From an uncultured cyanobacterium (GTDB lineage: Bacteria; Cyanobacteriota; Cyanobacteriia; Cyanobacteriales; Cyanobacteriaceae), in contig CAVVOP010000010.1 in NCBI GenBank assembly GCA_963749915.1, positions 1 to 55,401 of the forward strand: a stretch of DNA of 55,401 bases. The letters are read 5' to 3'. Made by a program: the position numbers and the translations under genes. The notes under the pieces are model-generated. The model had not been told where the DNA came from, ran no database searches, and worked only from the letters and a program-made list of their open reading frames with translations. The first letter of the stretch is position 1, and each line of letters opens with the position of its first letter. Of the stretch, positions 42,094 through 52,918 are shown in pieces.

Positions 42094-43363
42094 CTTTCCG
42101 ACAGGGAAAAATTACCGTCGTGTACTACTCGCTGATGTAAATGACCTGCTCGATGAAGATGGTCGTCCGATTGGTGAGATTCGTGCAAGTGAGTCTGTTC
42201 GCCGCAACGTTAGAACTGCGTATGTACTATGTCCCTATTCTGGTAGCAGGAGTCGTGCCCTGCGCCTGATGAATTCGAGTGCCCTAGACCAAGTGCTCTC
42301 GAATTGGCCGAGTGTCCTGGGTCTTCTGGAGTACGTGAGAACAGGCTGTATTTCTGAATCTTCGCATCCCTCTCCGCTTATTGAGCTCGCTCGTACAGCA
42401 GCCGTAGCGCTTGCGGTTCCCGCCTATCTTCTATATAGAGAGCCGTGCCGGCTACCATCTCTCTCTATCCCGAGCTCTGTCGCTGCAGCGCACAAGATGT
42501 GCGCTGGGCTCTTTGGCATCTGCAAGAATCGACTCCTGTCTCAAGTTGCTCAAGGCAGCAAATACGAAGAAGTAACAGAATCCACTGCTTCTTTGTATCG
42601 CTATGCTGAAGAAAGCGGAGCTCTATTAAGTAGAACAGGGGTGGAAGCATGTGCTGGCCCACCACATCTTATGATTGAGGCGTTAGATCTTCTCGTTGTT
42701 GGTAACTGCCGGAGTAAAACGGATATTCGGGTAGCTGAAAATCTTGTCGGTGACCGGGAGTTATTGCTTAAGTACGCTTATGCAGTTATCGACTTGACAC
42801 TTTGGCTGAACGTATTTGCAATTTACTGTCAAGACGCTGTAGCCAATCTGCATTTGCGTATAGAAAAGCTCAGTAGTGTGTATGATCCAGAGTTAGTCAA
42901 CCAAACACACTCTGCCGCCAAAGATTACAAGCTTAAAGGATTTTCCGACCCCACACTATCTGGACTCTTCCAATTTCCGGAAGTTGTTCGCTCTCAGTAT
43001 GCAACTGGCGCAGCGTCACTTTTGCGATATCCTGATCCCCATCGGATTCGCATGATGCTCGGATATGAAGCTCACTGTGCTTCGGACGAGTCTTTCGAGA
43101 CCTTCAAGCAGTCTTTCATTACATCCATGCAGAGCCGGATGCCAGACGAAAGTGCAAGCTTTCTAGCCGAAGGTGTGTTTCGGACGCTGGTGCTGGAACG
43201 TGAGGGTGTGCAAATCTTCTTCGATTTGCAGTGCAAGCTGCACGAAGCTCTGAATTGGATGCCGCCGTCTCGGGCCGACGCACCCGGAGTTCTCGCCTCT
43301 GTTTTCGGTTTGCTTCCCAGCGATTATATAACGAGGGTGTTCGGAAGTGGAATAAAGACCTAG
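42062..43363 (+). CDS. Uncharacterised ~430-aa protein with Cys motifs
   Basis: Overlaps the cupin gene; CPYSGSR, MNSSALDQ and EACAGPP segments. Confidence 0.75.
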   Translation: MLNSMTHSRNDFPTGKNYRRVLLADVNDLLDEDGRPIGEIRASESVRRNVRTAYVLCPYSGSRSRALRLMNSSALDQVLSNWPSVLGLLEYVRTGCISESSHPSPLIELARTAAVALAVPAYLLYREPCRLPSLSIPSSVAAAHKMCAGLFGICKNRLLSQVAQGSKYEEVTESTASLYRYAEESGALLSRTGVEACAGPPHLMIEALDLLVVGNCRSKTDIRVAENLVGDRELLLKYAYAVIDLTLWLNVFAIYCQDAVANLHLRIEKLSSVYDPELVNQTHSAAKDYKLKGFSDPTLSGLFQFPEVVRSQYATGAASLLRYPDPHRIRMMLGYEAHCASDESFETFKQSFITSMQSRMPDESASFLAEGVFRTLVLEREGVQIFFDLQCKLHEALNWMPPSRADAPGVLASVFGLLPSDYITRVFGSGIKT

Positions 43364-43566
43364 CAGAGAGACAAGGGGTTTTAGTCGAGATTGGTGTTTG
43401 TATAGCAGAAGAGAAAAAATGGTCGGTCAGGGATTTTCTGATACTATACTAGCGAAGGTCATAATTTGATGTTACAGAAATAAAGCTTTAAAATGACAAA
43501 GAAATTGGAAAAAAGAAAAAATTAATGCGACATCACTTTACTGAAGAAGAGAAAAATCAGTTCTAT

Positions 43567-45747
43567 CTCATCGTTCGCTTAAATAAAATCAGATAACTGA
43601 CAAAAAAAGGTTAAAATCTGGACTGGATAAAGCATTAAGCAACATGGAGTCAAAAGATTATTCCACAAATCCAGTCAGAACGAGTAGATGATTTACCATT
43701 AATTATCTATTGGCTAACGCAAATGAATATTGCCGCAATCATCGATGAAAATTTATTGACACCTCATGGTAATCGCAAAGGATTAAGTTATGGTCAACTA
43801 GCTGTATTATTACTCACGTATATTATCAGTGAAGCAGACCATCGCCTTTGTTGTCTAGAAAAATGGGTTAATGACCATCATCACAGTCTTTCAGCCATAA
43901 CAGGATGGAACATAGCCGAAAAAGATGCTACAGATGACCGTTGCGGAGACTTGTTAAAAACCATTGGAATTAGTGGTGAGCAAAGCATTCCTACGATGGA
44001 AACATCCCTATCGAAGCATTTAATCAAAGCTTATGAATTACCAACCCAAAAAGCCCGAAGTGATACTACAAGTTTTGCGGTATATCATCAAACATCAGAA
44101 ACAGAGCAAGAATCATCTTTGATAAAATTCGGTTACAGTAAAGATAAACGACCAGATTTACAACAATATCGTCAAATGTTGGGTACATTAGATCCCTGTG
44201 GAATGCCATTAGTGGGTGCGACTTTAGCTGGTAATGGCACAGACGAGGCTGATTATGTTTCCACTTGGAGACAAATGAAGGAAATGATCGGTAATCCAGA
44301 TTTCTTATATTTAGCTGATTCCAAAGCATCAACATGGCACAATCGGGCAAAAATCAATGAAGAGGGAGGAATCTATTGTTTCCCGTTGGCAATGAGTCAA
44401 CCACGTCCAAAACTACTGTCAGATTGGGTAAATAATCCAGTTACAGAAATAATTAAATTTTGGCAACAAGAGGAGAAAGAATCAGAACCAAAAGAAATAG
44501 GACTTGGTTTTGAAGTACCCCTTGGGAGTATATGGGTGGAACCAGAAACGAAAAAAAGCCATCAATGGGAAGAAAGATGGTTAGTAGTAAAATCAAATGC
44601 CTTAGCATCTCGTCAAATTAAGGGTTTACACAGTCGTTTACTCAAAGGGGAAAAAGCTTTAGCTACCTTAGCACAGCGACCTGGAAATGAGGAGCAAGTA
44701 TTATGTAGGAAAGTAGAAGAGATACTAAAAAGCAATCGGATCTCAAAATATATGGAATATTCAATCGAAAAAAAGATGAGTTATGACAAGGTGTATCAAG
44801 GATTTGGAAATCGTTCTCAATCGTCATCTTATCGCCGAGTACGCAAGACTACTTTGACCCTCGGCTATCAACGTTGTCAAGGAGAAATTAATGAAATGGA
44901 GAAACTAGCAGGTTGGCGTTTATATGTAACAAATGCCTCGAAGGATAGATTAACGTTGACAGAAGCAGTAGAATCCTACAAAGAACAATGGCAACCAGAA
45001 CAGGGGTTTCACCGCTTTAAAAAAGGTCGTTTATCCGCTTTACCCATTTATTTCAGGGATGAAGACAAAATTAGAGGATTGATGTTTTTGTTAACCATTG
45101 CTTTGAGGGTGTTTACCCTGATGGAATTTGTAGTTCGCCGTGAATTACATCAATCTCAATCAAGTTTAGCAGGTCTTTATGATGGTAATCCTAAACGCAG
45201 TACTAATCGTCCCACCGCCGAAAAATTATTACGGGCTTTCTGTAACATAAATTTATATAGACATCGAGATGGTTCGCAAGAAATATCGGCATTGAATATG
45301 TTGCAAAAACAGATATTAAGTTTGATGAAAGTACCAGAGTATATTTATACTAACTTAGCCAGTGATTCGGGTTAAACTACAGTGAAATAGGCAGATGGGC
45401 AATCAAAGAGGAAATGATTAGCGTATTTTAGACAATAATAAAAAAGGGAAAAATAATTAAATTGGAGGAAAATCCCAATACATTTCTCCTGCCCACAAAA
45501 AAACTTCATGTTGAGTCAATCAATCTCCTTTTATTATAGTATTGATTACACTAACTGATTTTTGTGGTGTAGCCCAAGTCTGATAATTTTTATTTTTGAG
45601 AGTAAGTTATAGTATCAAAATCGCTAACAAAAATCATCTCCCCTACCTTCTATACTTCGTTGCTACTTTTTTGGCTAAAATCCTTATCTATTAAACATTT
45701 GAAGTTATTTTTCAAATTTTTACTTTTTCAAATAAGCGAACAATGAG
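43567..45747 (+). mobile_element. IS1634-family insertion sequence
   Basis: TIR CTCATCGTTCGCTTA at 43567 and TAAGCGAACAATGAG ending at 45747; no TSD seen. Confidence 0.8.
43723..45375 (+). CDS. IS1634 transposase (true start probably ATG 43644 with a 1-bp frameshift)
   Basis: Upstream in-frame SERVDDLPLII; DTTS, FGYSKDKRPDL.Q, ADSK and E.GF.RFK motifs. Confidence 0.88.
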   Translation: MNIAAIIDENLLTPHGNRKGLSYGQLAVLLLTYIISEADHRLCCLEKWVNDHHHSLSAITGWNIAEKDATDDRCGDLLKTIGISGEQSIPTMETSLSKHLIKAYELPTQKARSDTTSFAVYHQTSETEQESSLIKFGYSKDKRPDLQQYRQMLGTLDPCGMPLVGATLAGNGTDEADYVSTWRQMKEMIGNPDFLYLADSKASTWHNRAKINEEGGIYCFPLAMSQPRPKLLSDWVNNPVTEIIKFWQQEEKESEPKEIGLGFEVPLGSIWVEPETKKSHQWEERWLVVKSNALASRQIKGLHSRLLKGEKALATLAQRPGNEEQVLCRKVEEILKSNRISKYMEYSIEKKMSYDKVYQGFGNRSQSSSYRRVRKTTLTLGYQRCQGEINEMEKLAGWRLYVTNASKDRLTLTEAVESYKEQWQPEQGFHRFKKGRLSALPIYFRDEDKIRGLMFLLTIALRVFTLMEFVVRRELHQSQSSLAGLYDGNPKRSTNRPTAEKLLRAFCNINLYRHRDGSQEISALNMLQKQILSLMKVPEYIYTNLASDSG

Positions 45748-45749
45748 TC

Positions 45750-46085
45750 GGGAAATAATGAAGGATGAAGCCCAAAGGTTGGGGTTGGAGGTTAGCGATC
45801 GCAAACTAGCTGAATTACAATCTTACGTGGGGAAAAATCCTATGCTTGCAAGGAAGGCTATTCAGAATGAGTATCTAGGACTGAAACAAACAAAATCCTC
45901 AGCATACACAATATGTGGTGATTATGCCGATAATAATTGCTATTCTGATGGGTTTTGGAATTGTCAGATTTGTTGGTCTGGGAACAGGTAATAAGTCACT
46001 TTATATCTTTGGTGGTGTCACACTTGTGGCAGGAATGACTTTAAGGCAGTTAGGTAAAGTTTCAGGAGCGAGGAAGAAACTATAG
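45750..46085 (+). pseudogene. 3' half of a second copy of the 39411-40112 gene
   Basis: Highly similar to 39778-40112; cut by the IS1634 end and frameshifted at about 45885. Confidence 0.85.
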
Positions 46086-46188
46086 GGAGATCAATGATGA
46101 TTTAATAGTATGATTATTTTCTTATTATTTAGAATGGATTTCAGCCATCAGCTTTTCTCTTAGCCCCTCATGACAAGAACCCTATGTT

Positions 46189-46448
46189 TACGCCGAAGGG
46201 TAGCGACTCAACTCTGATGTGTCGTTCATAATCGACAAATTATGGTTGAAGTTTCCATTAATTCCACTACCCCGAAGGGTAGCGACGCTGATGCTAGCAA
46301 CATACGTAAAGTTCAGCGCCTTCGTGTTTCCATTAATTCCACTACCCCGAAGGGTAGCGACGACTACAGAGAGAGGAAAGACTCCCTGATAGATTAAGAG
46401 AACCTATTCAATGTTTCCATTAATTCCACTACCCCGAAGGGTAGCGAC
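46189..46448 (-). CRISPR. Orphan mini-CRISPR array: three full 36-bp repeats, one partial repeat, three spacers
   Basis: GTTTCCATTAATTCCACTACCCCGAAGGGTAGCGAC at 46251, 46326 and 46413; partial copy ending at 46207; spacers of 43, 39 and 51 bp. Confidence 0.92.
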
Positions 46449-46630
46449 CCCCTCATTGTAAGCCCTTACCCTGTCTAGTGTCTAGGAGGGGTTTGCGAGG
46501 CTCATCAAAAAATCTTCGTGATTGCGTTTGTTTGATTCTGCTTACATAGCTAAAACCCATACCCTGTATATTGCCGAGGCTCAGAACGAATTTAGTGGAT
46601 TTGAGGTTATTTTCCTTTTGCTTCGCAGTT
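46449..46630 (-). promoter_or_regulatory. Probable CRISPR leader
   Basis: Non-coding region on the side opposite the degenerate repeat; the repeat ends GAAAC on the minus strand. Confidence 0.55.
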
Positions 46631-46633
46631 AAA

Positions 46634-46693
46634 GGGCGATCGGTAGTAATGGAACCAAATCGTACGTTTTCGTACGGTTACTACCGATCGCCC
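46634..46693. mobile_element. 60-bp fused Tn3-IR remnant (mini-MITE)
   Basis: GGGCGATCGGTAGTAA...TTACTACCGATCGCCC, matching the IR at 14525-14562. Confidence 0.75.
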
Positions 46694-47009
46694 AATGATG
46701 ATTTGATAGTATGATTATTTTCTTATCTACTATAACTTTTAGACGGTAAATCAATGGTTTTTATATCTTCTAAATCATCTGTAAATAAATAACTAGAAAT
46801 AAAAAAAAAAGGCTTATTAATATCAGTTAGAATAGATGTTGTATAATCATTATCTAATGATATTTTAGCCTCATAATAAACAGCAATAATTTTCTTTTTT
46901 GTAGAAAGATTATTATAATAATTATAACTAAAATATTAATGATAATGAAAGATATTATTACTGGTTTAAACGGCAAAAAACCCCATTATCGAGTCACGAA
47001 TCATTAATT

Positions 47010-47723
47010 ATGAAAAAGTTATATTACAGAATACTGAGCAATAGAGAAAGCGGCTTATCTTTAACAGAATTATTAGTGGCTTTGGTTATGACTGGCATTG
47101 TCTTAACAGCGGCGACGAGTGGTTTTATCAATCTCTTACGGGTGAATAAAGAGGTTGAATCTAAAACTGTTCTCAGTAGTACTGTTAGTTGGGCATCAAG
47201 CTATATAGTAGAGGAGATCAAAGAGGCGAGTTCTATTACTTCAGAAGCAGCCGGAAGTACTAATTGTCCTTCAGCAGAGGTTGACTCGGATGAGTGTTTA
47301 GTTCTGACCTATCCCGATGGTTCGACAGTTTATTATGGCTATCAAGATATTACTAGCGGCTCTCAGATCTGGTTAAAACCGGGTATCCTGAAGCGGCAAG
47401 CCTTTGATGATACCGGAAATGCGGTCTTAGAAACAGGACAAGCCAATGCTTGGGAAAAGGAATATACCGTGATTGCTGATGGATTATTAGGCAGTGTTAA
47501 TGAAGCAGATCCTAATCCAGTTTGTAATCAAGGTTCGGTTAACTGGACGGGTGAAACTACAGTTTATGGGGACGATAATACTAAAGGTGGTTTTCGCTTT
47601 TGCCTCAATGATTCTACTGCTACCAACCGCTTAGTTAGGGTCTTTCTTTATGGGCATATAGTGGTTGGCAATGACAATAACAGGATCTTGGTTAATACCG
47701 TAACTTTTGCTCGAGCCGATTAG
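47010..47723 (+). CDS. Prepilin-type N-terminal cleavage/methylation protein (minor pilin-like)
   Basis: ESG|LSLTELLVALVMTGIVL type IV pilin signal; Cys pairs. Confidence 0.85.
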   Translation: MKKLYYRILSNRESGLSLTELLVALVMTGIVLTAATSGFINLLRVNKEVESKTVLSSTVSWASSYIVEEIKEASSITSEAAGSTNCPSAEVDSDECLVLTYPDGSTVYYGYQDITSGSQIWLKPGILKRQAFDDTGNAVLETGQANAWEKEYTVIADGLLGSVNEADPNPVCNQGSVNWTGETTVYGDDNTKGGFRFCLNDSTATNRLVRVFLYGHIVVGNDNNRILVNTVTFARAD

Positions 47724-47984
47724 GAAGAATACTGAAGTATTTTTTGTAATTATTCCCCTGAGCTAAATAAATAGCCAATAACTTCACTATGAGTTTTGAA
47801 GTTTAATTGTCTTCTCAGTAGTTCTAGTTGAAAGTAGATTTCTGGACTGACTGGTACATGGTAAACATTTTTGATTTGTTTACCATCAAACTTTTGGGTA
47901 ACAAAAACTGTTTCGTTATTTTCCATATTTTATTTCTCCTTGATGATTTTGTTGAAAATATCTGGGTCTGATTCAATTAATTGT

Positions 47985-49563
47985 TTAGCTAAACAACAAT
48001 CTTTGTTGTTGATTCAGATAACTAATTTTACTACTTAAATTAATCAGTAAATCATCAGTTTTAATCGGTGATTTTTCCTGTTTTTGCCCCTCTACAGCTC
48101 TGACTAAACAGGAGCGAATAGTGGGAGCATTAACTTGTCTTTGATATTCTTGAAAGAGACGATAATCTTCTTCCTCAACCTCAACATACCATTTACAACC
48201 TTGTCCTGCTTTATAGTTAAGCCCTTCTTTAATCAGAATTTCTTTCTTCTGAGGTTTTTGTGGTTGAGATAATGATGGTAAATCTAAGTCTTGGAGTCGG
48301 ATTAACTCTCGTTGGTCATTATCAAAAGCAACCACAAGAGAACTAGGAGAACTAATCTGGGTAACAACTCCTTCATTTCCACCAAAATAATGATTATCTT
48401 TGATTCTGACTCGGTCACCTACGGTGCAGCTTCGCTGAGCGCCAATGGATAAGGGATTAGTTATTTTCTGTTTTCCTTTAGTGGGTTTAGTAGGATTTGC
48501 AGGCTCTATTCTTCATTATCGGTGAAGCTATCAGGTTTCAGCTCACAGGGCTTTCAGGTAATGCGAATTCGTTAATTGCTTCTTCATTAAATGAAGTTGT
48601 TCGGAGATTGATTGGATTTATCTTTACCGATGAATGATTCCGACCATCATCTTTACCCTATTACTCCATCCTTTATATTCTCCTTACACCATCCTTGGTG
48701 ATTAAGTTCTTGCTACAACTGGCAACGTTTCCAGTTACATTATCTTGATTGCAGTAAAGAGTTACTAACTGTCAACGATTTACAGTTGAGTGACTGTTGT
48801 CTGATACTTGATTACGTAATTTGGCAACAAAAGTATGCGAAACTTTACACTGTTTAGCTATTACTCGATCGCTCCACTGACTCCATTCAGAATCTTGCAG
48901 TAGAGTCATTACCGCTTTTCGTTTATCAGCATTACTACGGCGAAGTCCATGAGTAGAATTAACACTCAGAGAAAACAATAAAGCCTCTCGATAAGTACCA
49001 GATTTCTCGATAAAGGGTAATTCAGTTATTCCTGCTTGTTTCGCCGCTTCTACTCGGTGAAAACCATCTACCAAATAATAACGGGCAGTGGGCAATGGGC
49101 AGTGGACAGTGGTTAATTCAGAATGATGAGAATCAAATAATTGATTATTGTCACTATTCCCTATTCCCTCTTCCCTTTTCCCTTCTTCTCTCCAGACAGT
49201 AATGGGAGGAAGTTCTGTACCTTCAGAATAAGCATTAGCATAATCATCCACCACAGAATTATTAATCTCTACCCTCTGCTGTAGGTTGACATCAATGGTA
49301 AGTAAAGTCAGCTTAATCCTTCCTGATACTTCCTGAATACTATCTGAGATCGCCATAGGTTTATTAACCTTCTGGAGACTGTTAGCCAGTTCGGGGCTAG
49401 GAACATTAGAACTATCCCAATTAACCCAAAACTGCAACATCTTGCCGTTATTAACATGAATATCAGTTACTTTGCCGACATTCCCCCTGGCAAATACCCA
49501 ATCGCCGATTCCAATATTATTAGGATTGAGAGAAAAGTCAGGATAATTTTTAGATTTAAGCAT
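47985..49563 (-). pseudogene. Second ParB-like protein, frameshifted into pieces
   Basis: N-terminal and KOW-like regions are near-identical to 14745-16487; premature stop at 48772. Confidence 0.8.
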
Positions 49564-50848
49564 AGTGACCTCCTCCCATAATTTGCCGGAAAGCATTTAT
49601 CAAACCTAGTGCTTGAGGATTTTCTGGTATTGTTGTTTCTGATTGTTTAACATAATACTGTTCGTACCATCGATAAAATACTGTCCTTAAATTTCTGGTA
49701 TAACCTAAGCTATTATCATCAGTAAAGATGTAATCAACACGGCAATTTTTAGCCCTGGTCAACCATAAATCAAAACAAGGTAGTTTATCCTTCCAGGAGA
49801 TTTTCTCCCATGCTATTTGTTCTAGGCTTCGGCTTTTAACTCGGTACTCGTCAATGAGGTTATCAAAATATTCTGACCCCGTGGAGTTGGGGTTATTCTT
49901 TCCTGTTTTCCATTGCTGATACTCTAACCATAATCTTTCGAGGATGCGATTGCCCGTTGTTTTATCATTAGTGAGGAGGTATCGCTTAATATCTCTCGCT
50001 TTTGGCAATTTGCCCTGACAATATTTGATAAACTCCTCATTTTCTAATCTCTCATCTTCTTCTGAGGGAGTAGGTAGTAGGGAGTAGGGAGTAGTATTTT
50101 CTCTCAACACCCCTTCACTGTTCCCCGTTCCCAGTTCCCCGTTCTCCGTTCTCCGTTCCCCGTTCCCTGTTCCCCATTCCCCGTTCCCTTGAATTGTTAT
50201 TCTCTCTTCTTGTATATCTTGTATATCTTGTAAGTCTTCCATCTTTCTATCATCTTTCAATCTTTCTGATTGATCTGATAAGTCTGAATTAGTCTGGATA
50301 GTCTGAGAGAGATTAGAATCAAGTTCTGGCAATGGTTCTGGCGATCGATTTTCTCGGATCTGAGAATTTTTTGCCGGATCTGATAATTTATTCTCGGATC
50401 TGAGAATTTTTTGCCGGATCTGATAATTTATTCTCGGATCTGATAATTCAGTTTCAGGACTATTAATGGGGGCTGGTTCTGATAATGTTTGCCCAGATTT
50501 GGAGATCCATTCAATCAGCAGTTTGCCTGATTTAATCAAAATCAACCCTAATTTCTTGAGTTGAGCGACTGCTTTATAAATACTGCTCTCTGGTATATTC
50601 CAAGAAAGGGCGAATTCTTTGGGATTAACTTCTACTGGGCGGTCACAAAATGGATTTTCATACCGCAGTGCTAGGTGGACAAAAGCAGTATTGTTGATGA
50701 GCTTGGCTTTTCGCAGAGCAATTAACTCATCTTTTTGTAAAGGATAAAATTCTCCTTGTAGTTTGTTATTGCTTCTTTGAGGGGTGGGAATATTAAATGT
50801 CATAATTACACCTCCTCTTCTGCGGTAATAAGAGCCAAGGCGATGCAA
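49556..50848 (-). CDS. Second putative replication initiator (wHTH) with intragenic iterons
   Basis: FALSWNIPESSIYKAVAQLKKLGLI wHTH; shares SPEPLP.LDSNLSQTIQT and the C-terminal MGGG..HYA with 16480-17937. Confidence 0.6.
   Translation of the reverse strand: MHRLGSYYRRRGGVIMTFNIPTPQRSNNKLQGEFYPLQKDELIALRKAKLINNTAFVHLALRYENPFCDRPVEVNPKEFALSWNIPESSIYKAVAQLKKLGLILIKSGKLLIEWISKSGQTLSEPAPINSPETELSDPRINYQIRQKILRSENKLSDPAKNSQIRENRSPEPLPELDSNLSQTIQTNSDLSDQSERLKDDRKMEDLQDIQDIQEERITIQGNGEWGTGNGERRTENGELGTGNSEGVLRENTTPYSLLPTPSEEDERLENEEFIKYCQGKLPKARDIKRYLLTNDKTTGNRILERLWLEYQQWKTGKNNPNSTGSEYFDNLIDEYRVKSRSLEQIAWEKISWKDKLPCFDLWLTRAKNCRVDYIFTDDNSLGYTRNLRTVFYRWYEQYYVKQSETTIPENPQALGLINAFRQIMGGGHYA
50351..50450. 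repeat. Five 20-bp palindromic iteron-like units
   Basis: TT(CT/GC)CGGATCTGA(G/T)AATT.. at an exact 20-bp period. Confidence 0.87.
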
Positions 50849-51251
50849 TTTTGTTGATTGGCAATGTTAACCTTTTCCCATAGTGGTTCGGTTAACATGA
50901 AAAATTTTTGGTTCATGATATAATGGACTCCTTGAAAGGAGTTAATAAATTTTAAGTGGATTTAATGAATTCCTTGATAAAGCCCTTCATGTGCTAAACA
51001 TGAAAAACTCGACTTTGTAACTAATGTTTTGACGATACTTAGTTACTTAAGTTAATAACAAGAAATCGAAAGACTCCTTCGGGGGTCTTTTTGATATTTA
51101 ACTTTTTTTCAGACAAGGATTTTTGCCAGTTTTTACTATTTAGTTAATTTTACCTCGTATCATTATGATTTTATATCATATCATTATAGTTTAATTTGTT
51201 TATTTTTCCAAGTAGAAGAAATAAAATCATTGAGTTAGTATAAGTTACTCA

Positions 51252-51593
51252 ATGGATAAAAGAGAAAGAAATTTATCAAATCTTTTACTTAGATTGAAAG
51301 ATAATGAGAGTGAGAGAAAATTAGCTCAGAATATTGGAGTAAGCCAATATGCTATTAATTGTTGGTTAAATAATAAGCATTTTCCTGATACTAAGAATCT
51401 GAAAAAAATAGCTGATTACATGGATATATCCATCGATCAATTATTATCTCAATTAAATGAAGAAGAAGCCTATAAATTAGAAGAGATAAAGACTGCACAA
51501 GGAATATTCAATTCTATTATTCTAAATCTGTCTCTTAAAGAAAAGCTCATCTTAATTAAACTTATAGCTAATAACCTTGGAGAAAATCTGTAA
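51252..51593 (+). CDS. XRE-family HTH regulator, divergent from the rep2 operon
   Basis: SERKLAQNIGVSQYAINCWLNNKHFP...LKKIADYMDISIDQL. Confidence 0.85.
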   Translation: MDKRERNLSNLLLRLKDNESERKLAQNIGVSQYAINCWLNNKHFPDTKNLKKIADYMDISIDQLLSQLNEEEAYKLEEIKTAQGIFNSIILNLSLKEKLILIKLIANNLGENL

Positions 51594-51620
51594 TTTTTTA
51601 CACTTTTCATACTAATAATT

Positions 51621-51971
51621 ATGAAACAATTATCTAAAGTATCAGAATTAATAAAAGATTTATGGTGGTGTAGTGAAATTGATGAGTGTTGGAAGCTGGA
51701 AATTGGGGATAATTTAGAGCAAATAAAGTTAGATAATGCTAAAACTGTTGATGTAGATAAGTTCTTTAGTAAAGCTACTCAATCTAAATCATGGTATGGA
51801 GAAGAAGAAAATAAAGAGGTAGAGCAATATCGAGCATTAGTGCAATGGCTTAAAACTAACTTAACTGATTTGATAGTTTATCTAATAGGTCAGATAACAA
51901 TAGATATTTATGTTGTTGGTCAATTTGATGATAAATGGATTATTTTAAAAACTAAAGCAGTTGAAACTTAA
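51621..51971 (+). CDS. nuiA: Nuclease A inhibitor
   Basis: L.W.SE.D, FF......WYGEEE, L...L..NL.D..VY..G....DIYVVG and C-terminal TKAVET. Confidence 0.85.
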   Translation: MKQLSKVSELIKDLWWCSEIDECWKLEIGDNLEQIKLDNAKTVDVDKFFSKATQSKSWYGEEENKEVEQYRALVQWLKTNLTDLIVYLIGQITIDIYVVGQFDDKWIILKTKAVET

Positions 51972-52918
51972 TATCCTTCATATATTTGACTCTCAATTTT
52001 ATTTTGGACATTTACTGAAATTTCTGAGAAAAAATCATATCTTGTCATAGCTTCAATTTTATCGACTGAAACTAAATAGTCTTGCCAATCAGTTCCAGCT
52101 ACTTGTTCATTATTAGGAATAAGAACAGCAATAGTATTTTCGGCATTATCTGATTTATCTAACACTAAGATTACTTTCCAAGTATATTTGGGTACGATAA
52201 TTTGACCATCAGTGATTGCCTTCTCTTTTCCTTCTCCTCCAGCAACTATATATAATTCTTTACCTTGACTAACTAAATCTCGACTATATTCTTCTAGTTC
52301 TCGCCATACTTCCCTATTGTTAGCTGGAGACTGGGGAATTATATTAGTCATTAAGAAAGTAGCACTATTATCTATTTGATTTGATGTGCGATCGCCCGAA
52401 GGTGTTAAATGTCCGCGATCATATCCACTCCGCCGATAATCGTTGGGATGTACAGCATAACAATCATTAGGTAAATCAGGGTCTGGACGGAAATCATCCG
52501 AACGTTCTACACTTCCTAACCAGCTATGATTAAGTTGCCAACTAACCCAATTAGCAGTACCAGTTTGGCAGTTATAAGACAAAGCGTACTGTGGTTTTTC
52601 TAGTAAATAATTATTAATATCTTTAGAGTTAGCATTACTGGGATTACCATATTTGAGATGGATATTAGCATTTGCTTTCGCTTTGGGAGTAGTAGTAGTT
52701 TTCTTGCCTCTAGGTAATAACTCACAAGCAATACCATTACCGTCACCATCAAGTCTGTAGCGATCATCTGGAAAAGCCTCTAACACCGCCTGAGCTTCTT
52801 CTTGAGTAGTAAAATCAGAGCAATCACAGTCAGTTGTTGTACAAGTAGGTAGTTCTGAGCTTGTGAATTGACAACCACTTATCAACAATAAAAGAATGAT
52901 GAGTAAAAGTTTATTCAT
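51968..52918 (-). CDS. nucA: DNA/RNA non-specific endonuclease (NucA-like) with an N-terminal lipoprotein signal and excalibur-like domain
   Basis: ISGC lipobox; DCSDF...D.D..G.ACE; DRGH and TN..PQ motifs. Confidence 0.88.
   Translation of the reverse strand: MNKLLLIILLLLISGCQFTSSELPTCTTTDCDCSDFTTQEEAQAVLEAFPDDRYRLDGDGNGIACELLPRGKKTTTTPKAKANANIHLKYGNPSNANSKDINNYLLEKPQYALSYNCQTGTANWVSWQLNHSWLGSVERSDDFRPDPDLPNDCYAVHPNDYRRSGYDRGHLTPSGDRTSNQIDNSATFLMTNIIPQSPANNREVWRELEEYSRDLVSQGKELYIVAGGEGKEKAITDGQIIVPKYTWKVILVLDKSDNAENTIAVLIPNNEQVAGTDWQDYLVSVDKIEAMTRYDFFSEISVNVQNKIESQIYEGY

Noticed and set aside
43361..43566. Possible IS630-like left-end remnant (MRHHFTEEEKNQFY) cut by IS1634
   Set aside because: Too short, with no matching second end; cannot be supported.
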